Origin: Desulfobacterales bacterium
Lineage (GTDB): Bacteria > Desulfobacterota > Desulfobacteria > Desulfobacterales > UBA2174
NCBI GenBank assembly: GCA_963668645.2
Contig: CAXXWC010000010.1
Coordinates: 224,001-288,000 of the forward strand
DNA length: 64,000 bases
Reading direction: 5' to 3'
Below are positions 58,205-64,000 of this stretch, piece after piece. The notes beneath the pieces were generated by a model. The model did not search any database. It saw only the letters and a list, made by a program, of their open reading frames with translations, and was not told where the DNA came from. The first letter of the stretch is position 1. Each line of letters opens with the position of its first letter. The position numbers and the translations under genes are program-made.

Positions 58205-58495
58205 ATGGATGACCTGAGCTGTACACTGCCTATCGTCAACGTGCTGGGGCTTCACGCCCGCGCGGCGGCCCTGCTGGCGGCCGTTGCCCAAAAGGCGGCA
58301 GGAGCGGTGTGGTTAAGAAGCGGCCCCGATCGGGCCGACGCCACCAGCATCATTGATGTGCTGGCCCTGGCCTGTCCCAAAGGCAGCATGGTGACCCTTG
58401 AAATAGACAACCCTGTGGACCGGCCGATTCTGGAGCGCATGGTTCAGATGGTTCGAGACGGTTTCGGAGAAATGAACGGCAATGGCCTTGAGTGA
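58205..58495 (+). CDS. ptsH: HPr phosphocarrier
   Basis: GLHARAAA (His15 motif) and ADATSI (Ser46 motif). Confidence 0.9.
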   Translation: MDDLSCTLPIVNVLGLHARAAALLAAVAQKAAGAVWLRSGPDRADATSIIDVLALACPKGSMVTLEIDNPVDRPILERMVQMVRDGFGEMNGNGLE

Positions 58496-60284
58496 ATCGA
58501 TCACTGAACAGAGGATAATCGGCATCGGTGCATCGCCGGGAATCTGCATCGGCAAGGCCTACCTGGTGGAAAGAGAGGGGGTGCGGGTTATCCCGCAGTA
58601 CGAAATCCACAGCCGCGACGTGCCGGCCGAGACATCCCGCTTCAAGGCGGCGGTCAAGAAGGCCAGCGACGAAATCGCGGCGGTCATCGCCGGCACCCCG
58701 GATGAACTGCGGGGCAACAGCAACATCCTGGAAGCCCATAAGGCCCTGATGAAAGACAAGATGCTCTACGGCAAGGTGCTGAGCGTGATCGAGGCGGACC
58801 GCATCAACGCCGAGTGGGCCCTCAAACGGATATCCACCGAAATCGCGGCCATGTTCGCCCAGATGACCGATCCCTACTTCCGGGAACGGGCCGAAGACGT
58901 CAACCACGTGACCGACCGCATCATGCGCAACCTAACCGGGGGCCGCAACCGGAGCATTGCCGCCATCGACAAGCGCGTCATTCTGGTGGCCAGGGACCTT
59001 TCACCGGCTGACACCAGCCAGATCCAACTCGAACGGGTCAAGGGCTTTATCACCGACAAGGGAGGACGCGCCTCGCATACCAGCATCATCGCCCGCACCC
59101 TGGAGATCCCGGCCGTACTGGGCCTGCACAACGCCACCCAGTCCATCCACAACGACGACATTGTCATCGTCGACGGCACCAGCGGGGTCGTGATCGTTCA
59201 CCCTTCAGAAAAGACCCTTCTGACCTACGAAGAGCGCCGGGCGCGCTACGAGAGTTACCGCGCCCAGATCCGGCGCCGCAGCCATCTGCCGGCGCGTACC
59301 CGCGACGGGCTCTCCGTCCACGTTCTAGGCAACATCGAGCTGCCCGAGGAGGTCGTTTCGGTTCTCGATCACGGGGGCGACGGAATCGGTTTGTACCGCA
59401 CCGAATTCCAGTACATGAACCGGATCGATTTCCCGAGCGAATTCGAGCTGTACGACAGGTATCGAGACTTGGTGGAAGTCATGGGCCAGCGCCCGGTGAC
59501 CATCCGCACCCTGGACATCAACGGCGACAAGGCCGTAACCCTGGAGCCGGAGCGCTCGGAAACCAACCCGGCCCTGGGACTGCGCGCCATCCGCTACTGC
59601 CTTAAAAAACCGGAGATCTTCAAGCCGCAATTGCGCGCCATCCTGCGCGCCGCAGCCCACGGTCAGGTGCGCATCCTCTTTCCCATGATCAGCAGCCTGG
59701 AGGAGATCCAGGCTGCCTGCCGCCTCCTGGACGAGGCCGCCCTGGAACTGGCCCGCGAAAAGGTGGTCCACAAACGCGAAATCCCGGTGGGGATGATGGT
59801 CGAAGTGCCATCGGCGGTGATCCTGGCCGACGTGATGGCTCGGGAAGTCGACTTTTTTTCCATCGGCACCAACGATTTGATCCAGTACACCATGGCCATC
59901 GACCGGGGCAACCAGGATGTGGCCCACCTGTTTCACCCCCTGCACCCGGCCTTGATCCGGATGGTGCGGCACGTGGCCCGGGTGGCACACCAGCATGGCA
60001 TCGAAGTCCACATGTGCGGGGAGATGGCGGCCGATCCGCTTCATGTGCCGCTTCTTCTCGGGCTGGGCATGAACGAGTTGAGCATGGCACCGGCCTCGAT
60101 CCCGGCCATCAAGCGCATGATCCGCCTGGTCAGCGCGGCCGACGGCCAGGCCCTGGTCCAGGACGCCCTTGGATTGAACAAGGTCCGTGACATGGTGGCC
60201 ATGATGGACGAGGCCTACGGTCAACTCGTAGCCCAGAAGGTATACGGGGATATGGGGCAGGACCGGGAAAAGAGCGATCAATGA
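58482..60284 (+). CDS. ptsI: PTS enzyme I
   Basis: GGRASHTSI, GIGLYRTEF, SIGTNDL, CGEMA; no N-terminal GAF. Confidence 0.95.
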   Translation: MALSESITEQRIIGIGASPGICIGKAYLVEREGVRVIPQYEIHSRDVPAETSRFKAAVKKASDEIAAVIAGTPDELRGNSNILEAHKALMKDKMLYGKVLSVIEADRINAEWALKRISTEIAAMFAQMTDPYFRERAEDVNHVTDRIMRNLTGGRNRSIAAIDKRVILVARDLSPADTSQIQLERVKGFITDKGGRASHTSIIARTLEIPAVLGLHNATQSIHNDDIVIVDGTSGVVIVHPSEKTLLTYEERRARYESYRAQIRRRSHLPARTRDGLSVHVLGNIELPEEVVSVLDHGGDGIGLYRTEFQYMNRIDFPSEFELYDRYRDLVEVMGQRPVTIRTLDINGDKAVTLEPERSETNPALGLRAIRYCLKKPEIFKPQLRAILRAAAHGQVRILFPMISSLEEIQAACRLLDEAALELAREKVVHKREIPVGMMVEVPSAVILADVMAREVDFFSIGTNDLIQYTMAIDRGNQDVAHLFHPLHPALIRMVRHVARVAHQHGIEVHMCGEMAADPLHVPLLLGLGMNELSMAPASIPAIKRMIRLVSAADGQALVQDALGLNKVRDMVAMMDEAYGQLVAQKVYGDMGQDREKSDQ

Positions 60285-60751
60285 ATCCGTCCAGCCAGCC
60301 GCACATCAAGCAGATCGCTGAAAACCGCAAGGCCCGGCACGAATATTTCATCGTGGACACCTATGAGGCCGGGCTGGTGTTGGTGGGCACGGAAGTCAAG
60401 GCCCTGCGCGAAGGGCGGGCCAACCTCAAGGACGCTTACGCCAGGGTGAAAAAGGGGGAGCTGTGGGTTTACCAGTTGCACATCAGCCCCTATTCCCACG
60501 CCTCGTATGACAATCACGATCCGCTGCGGCCGCGCAAACTGCTCCTGCACCGCGATGAGATCAAGCGCCTGATGGGCAAGGTCAACGAGGCCGGCCATAC
60601 CCTGGTGCCGCTGAGGCTCTACTTCAAGGCAGGCAAGGTCAAACTGCTCCTGGCTCTGGCCAAGGGCAAACGCCAGTACGACAAGCGCGAGTCCATCCGG
60701 CGGCGCGACGCCCAGCGCGACCTTGACCGGGTGCGCAAGACCTACCGCTAA
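60281..60751 (+). CDS. smpB: SsrA-binding protein
   Basis: ENRKARHEY, EAGLVLVGTEVK, RKLLLH, YDKR. Confidence 0.98.
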   Translation: MNPSSQPHIKQIAENRKARHEYFIVDTYEAGLVLVGTEVKALREGRANLKDAYARVKKGELWVYQLHISPYSHASYDNHDPLRPRKLLLHRDEIKRLMGKVNEAGHTLVPLRLYFKAGKVKLLLALAKGKRQYDKRESIRRRDAQRDLDRVRKTYR

Positions 60752-61146
60752 ACGCAGGTGCGCGCTGCGGCGGCCTGCCGGATCTTTTCCACCAGCAGGT
60801 CGAAATCGTAAGGCTTGGTCAGGTAGTCGCAGGCCCCGCCTTCCATCCCGTGCTGGGTGGCATCCTCGGAGCCATGTCCGGTGAGCATGATCACCGGCAG
60901 GTCCGGATCGATGATCTTGATGATCTTGAGCACCTCGAGCCCGTCCATGTCGACCATCTTCAGGTCCAGCACCACGACCTCGTAAGAATTGTGCCGCAGC
61001 AGCTGGAGCCCCTCCTTGCCGCTGTAAGCCTTGGTGGGCAGGATCCCGCGCAGCGCCAGGCGCTTGGCCAGCACATCGAGAAAGACCTTCTCGTCGTCGA
61101 TGAGCAACAATCGAATCGCGCCGTCGTGGATCACTTCCCCGGCCAT
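60748..61146 (-). CDS. Single-domain response regulator
   Basis: LLIDDE, LDLKM, LTGHG, YLTKP; AGGAG RBS. Confidence 0.92.
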   Translation of the reverse strand: MAGEVIHDGAIRLLLIDDEKVFLDVLAKRLALRGILPTKAYSGKEGLQLLRHNSYEVVVLDLKMVDMDGLEVLKIIKIIDPDLPVIMLTGHGSEDATQHGMEGGACDYLTKPYDFDLLVEKIRQAAAARTCV

Positions 61147-61219
61147 GGCCGCTCCTTTTTCACGCATGGGTCGTTTAAACGGGCGCCGAGCCCCGTTTCC
61201 GGACCGTCCCCCGGTCCGC

Positions 61220-61651
61220 TCAGGCCCGGCGGGCGGTAATCTCCTTGATACGGGCCTGGATGATCTTTTCCTCCTGGCTGCGCTTGAGGGCCGCCGCCTC
61301 CGCCACCTTGGACTGGAGCAGGTCGATATCGCAAGGTTTCATCAGGTAATCGAAGGCCCCCTGTTTCATCCCCTCGATCCCCGATTCCACCGTGGCATGC
61401 CCGGTGAGCATGATCACCTGGACCAGGGGGAACCGGCGCCGGATTTCGGCCAGGGCCTGCATCCCGTCCATGCCGGGCATCTTGATGTCCAGGATCGCCA
61501 CCTCGATGGAAGGATCCGCCTCGAGCTTCTCCAGCGCTTCGGGTCCGCTGTGGGCCGATAGCATCTTCAAGTCGCGTTTGGTCAGGCGCCGGATCATGGC
61601 ATCGACAAAAGGGACCTCATCGTCCACGAGCAATACCGTTGCGATGGTCAT
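61220..61651 (-). CDS. Single-domain response regulator
   Basis: LLVDDE, LDIKMP, LTGHA, YLMKP. Confidence 0.93.
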   Translation of the reverse strand: MTIATVLLVDDEVPFVDAMIRRLTKRDLKMLSAHSGPEALEKLEADPSIEVAILDIKMPGMDGMQALAEIRRRFPLVQVIMLTGHATVESGIEGMKQGAFDYLMKPCDIDLLQSKVAEAAALKRSQEEKIIQARIKEITARRA

Positions 61652-61715
61652 TGAACTTCCTCCTCTGAGTTGGCGCCGCGCCGGGCTGCCCAACGCGGCC
61701 AAACGGGTTTCAGAA

Positions 61716-63413
61716 TCATGTCGCCGCGGGCGCTTCCACCGGCAGGCGGACCAGGAAGGTGGTCCCCTTGCCGATCTCGCTGATCACTTCGATTTCGCCG
61801 CCCATCTTCTTGACAATGCCGTAGCAGATGGACAGACCGAGCCCGGTCCCTTGTCCGACCGGCTTGGTGGTAAAGAACGGATCGAAGATCCGGTCGATGA
61901 CCGCCTTGGGGATCCCCGGGCCGGTATCGTTGACCGATATGACGATCTGACTGTTTTGCAAAGCGCTGGAAACCGTCAGCTGCCCCCCCTCTTTTTCCAT
62001 GACGAAAAGGGCGTTGTTGACCAGATTGAGCAGCACCTGGTGCATTTCGGTCTCCGAACCGAACACCGCCGGCAACTCCGGCTCCAGCCGGGTTTCAACG
62101 GCGACGTTAGCGTACTTGGCCCGCTGGGCCACCAGGTTGCCCACATCCTCGATGACCCGGTTCAGATCGAGCTTCTGATTCGTCCCCTCGGAGCCTCGGG
62201 CGAAACTGAGCAGTTTGCGGGTAATCTCCTTGCAGCGCTTGCCCTGGGTGTTGATCTGCTTCAGGGCGCGGCGGATCTCGGTCTGCTGCGCTTCATCCTC
62301 CAGGTGGCCGTCGCCCATCAGGTCTTCGATCCATCCGGCCTCCTCGATCATCACGGCCACCGGATTGTTGATCTCGTGGGCTACCCCGGCGGCCAGCTCG
62401 CCAAGGCTGGCCAGCTTGCCACTCTCGATCACCTGGCGGCTCATGCTCTCCTTTTCCCGGTCGGCCACCGCAATCCGGTCCACCATGCGCCGGGAAAGCA
62501 CCAGGGCCATGGCCACGATGGAGACCCCACCCAAAAGGAAAAAAAGCAGCGAGATGCGTTCGGCCCGCCGCAGCTCACGGAAGGCATCGGCCGTGTGCTG
62601 CCGGTAGACCAGAAGCCAGTTGCGGTCCTTGAGCAGTCCGGTCACGTAGATGCTCTCGATGCCCGCCTCGTCGGGCCGCACGGCGACGTGGATCTTGCGC
62701 GTCATGTCTTCGTCGCAGGTCAGAAAACCACCGAAACACCCCTGCCCGGTGTGCAGCGCCATATGCGGGGTGGTCTGGAATTCGCCGGCCCGGTTGACGA
62801 TAAAGGCGAACCCGCTGGTGCCGATGCGGATCCCTTCGACCAAGTTGTTGAAAGCCACAAAATCGATGGTGGCCCGCAGGATCCAGACCCGGCCGTCCAT
62901 GTTCTGGCGCGTGGCGACGATAAAGTGGGGCAGGCCGCGAAGGCCGAGGAAGACATCGCTGATCACCGTCTGATCCTTCATCGCCTGGCCGAACCATTGG
63001 GCCTCGGCATAGTGGGCCTTGCCCAGGCTGAAGGGGCCGGCATAGGAAACCTGGTGTCCCTCGGCGTTGATCACCCCCAAATCGACGAAGGTCGGCCCGA
63101 AGCTCTGTTGCAGGAGCATCAACTGGCGCTGGAGAAAAGCCTCGTCCGAAAGCTGGACGTATCCGAAGCTATCGGCCAGAAACCTGACATCGGCCAGGCG
63201 GGCCTGCAGATAGGCATCGATCTGCTGCTTGTGCTTGCGCACCAGCTCCACCAGATGGTCCCCGACCTTTTCGCGGTAAGAGTGGCGAAACTGCAGGTAA
63301 ATCGTTGCGCTGACGAGAAATACGGGCACAAAAGAGACGATGATGATCGTCAGCAGCATCTTGTGCACAAGCGGCCGATAGGGCGGGGGCAGGCTGGAGG
63401 ACTCCGGTTTCAT
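61716..63413 (-). CDS. NtrB-type sensor histidine kinase with Cache-like periplasmic domain
   Basis: [32 protein letters not shown]; two TM segments. Confidence 0.94.
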   Translation of the reverse strand: MKPESSSLPPPYRPLVHKMLLTIIIVSFVPVFLVSATIYLQFRHSYREKVGDHLVELVRKHKQQIDAYLQARLADVRFLADSFGYVQLSDEAFLQRQLMLLQQSFGPTFVDLGVINAEGHQVSYAGPFSLGKAHYAEAQWFGQAMKDQTVISDVFLGLRGLPHFIVATRQNMDGRVWILRATIDFVAFNNLVEGIRIGTSGFAFIVNRAGEFQTTPHMALHTGQGCFGGFLTCDEDMTRKIHVAVRPDEAGIESIYVTGLLKDRNWLLVYRQHTADAFRELRRAERISLLFFLLGGVSIVAMALVLSRRMVDRIAVADREKESMSRQVIESGKLASLGELAAGVAHEINNPVAVMIEEAGWIEDLMGDGHLEDEAQQTEIRRALKQINTQGKRCKEITRKLLSFARGSEGTNQKLDLNRVIEDVGNLVAQRAKYANVAVETRLEPELPAVFGSETEMHQVLLNLVNNALFVMEKEGGQLTVSSALQNSQIVISVNDTGPGIPKAVIDRIFDPFFTTKPVGQGTGLGLSICYGIVKKMGGEIEVISEIGKGTTFLVRLPVEAPAAT

Positions 63414-63681
63414 CACGGTTGCGCCTCCTGGTAAAATCGGGGGCCCTTGTCCGGTTTTGCGGCCGGATCGGGCCGCCCCGGACCGGTGGACGGTGTCAGT
63501 TTTCTTTCCACGGCGTAAACCCTGTCTGCAAGAAAGCTGCTTGAATCTGGCCGGCGCGCGCCGGCCGCATCCCGGCCGACCGCCCTGCCGTCCCCTCACC
63601 TCGAAGAATCAGAAAGCACCGCCATCCCTTTGAGCCATCCCCGGGGCGTAAAAACGGTCCGGGAGACTTGGCCCTTAGCCA

Positions 63682-63697
63682 AGCAACCGCTGTGCCA
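63682..63697 (-). promoter_or_regulatory. sigma54 (-24/-12) promoter
   Basis: TGGCAC-AGCGG-TTGCT, consensus sequence and spacing, oriented toward the HK-RR-RR operon. Confidence 0.75.
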
Positions 63698-63914
63698 GGA
63701 TCGGCGGCTCCGCTGACGATATTGCCAACCTTGCCAGCCCCCCATCGCCCGTGCTATTGAAAAGTCCGTTTCCCCCCGTCAGCCAATCCGAACAAGCCAA
63801 CCGACGATGACGTGATGAAAATGGTCCAATTTTCAACCGATCGAAGACGCCGGCAATGCATCGGACCACCCGCATTGTTGCCAGGCGCCTTTTGATCCGA
63901 CATCGGAGCCGACC

Positions 63915-64000
63915 GTGGACGATTTCAAAGTCAAAGACCTGATGGTGCCGCTTTCCGAATACGCCAGCGTTCCGGAAAGCGCGAGCCTTTACGAAGCGAT
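63915..64000 (+). CDS. 5' part of a CBS-domain protein (truncated by the window end)
   Basis: GGAG RBS then GTG; (M)DDFKVKDLMVPLSEYASVPESASLYEA is a typical CBS start. Confidence 0.7.
   Translation, partial: MDDFKVKDLMVPLSEYASVPESASLYEA

Noticed and set aside
60281..61220. tmRNA (ssrA) or an ssrA-targeted island next to smpB
   Set aside because: smpB abuts a convergent response regulator with overlapping stops; no tRNA-like ends are visible.
61392..63434. 680-aa plus-strand ORF
   Set aside because: Antisense shadow of the histidine kinase and response regulator.

Overview
GC-rich chromosomal segment whose gene content and protein style suggest an anaerobic, fatty-acid-degrading Desulfobacterales-like deltaproteobacterium (inference). 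The first ~14.8 kb is an accessory mosaic with four parts. (i) A strikingly AT-rich three-gene minus-strand unit (127-3760) encodes an adenylate-kinase-like/nucleoside-deoxyribosyltransferase-like fusion, a tiny glutaredoxin-like protein and a nucleosidase/SAM-methyltransferase fusion. I do not recognise it as a named system, and it is the best candidate for an undescribed nucleotide-centred defence or modification system. (ii) GNAT, aldo/keto reductase and DASS transporter genes. (iii) A BamHI-like type II R-M cassette (C-box, controller, REase, two MTases) bracketed by a ~210-bp imperfect direct repeat containing the 3' end of the neighbouring double-cubane-type reductase gene. (iv) A PIN-like gene remnant and a Fic gene. 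The rest (14.8-64 kb) looks like core genome: pdaD-speB, an SLT, a leucine/isovalerate-type operon, a DUF294-HK-RR-acyl-CoA synthetase-SSS module, an icmF-thiolase-hbd-acyl-CoA dehydrogenase operon, a Liv-type ABC system with an embedded CoA ligase, further CoA ligases and regulators, LOG, HPr-EI-smpB, a sigma54-preceded HK-RR-RR operon and the start of a CBS protein gene. I saw no tRNA, rRNA, tmRNA, CRISPR array, integrase or transposase. All calls come from reading motifs; no database search was run.
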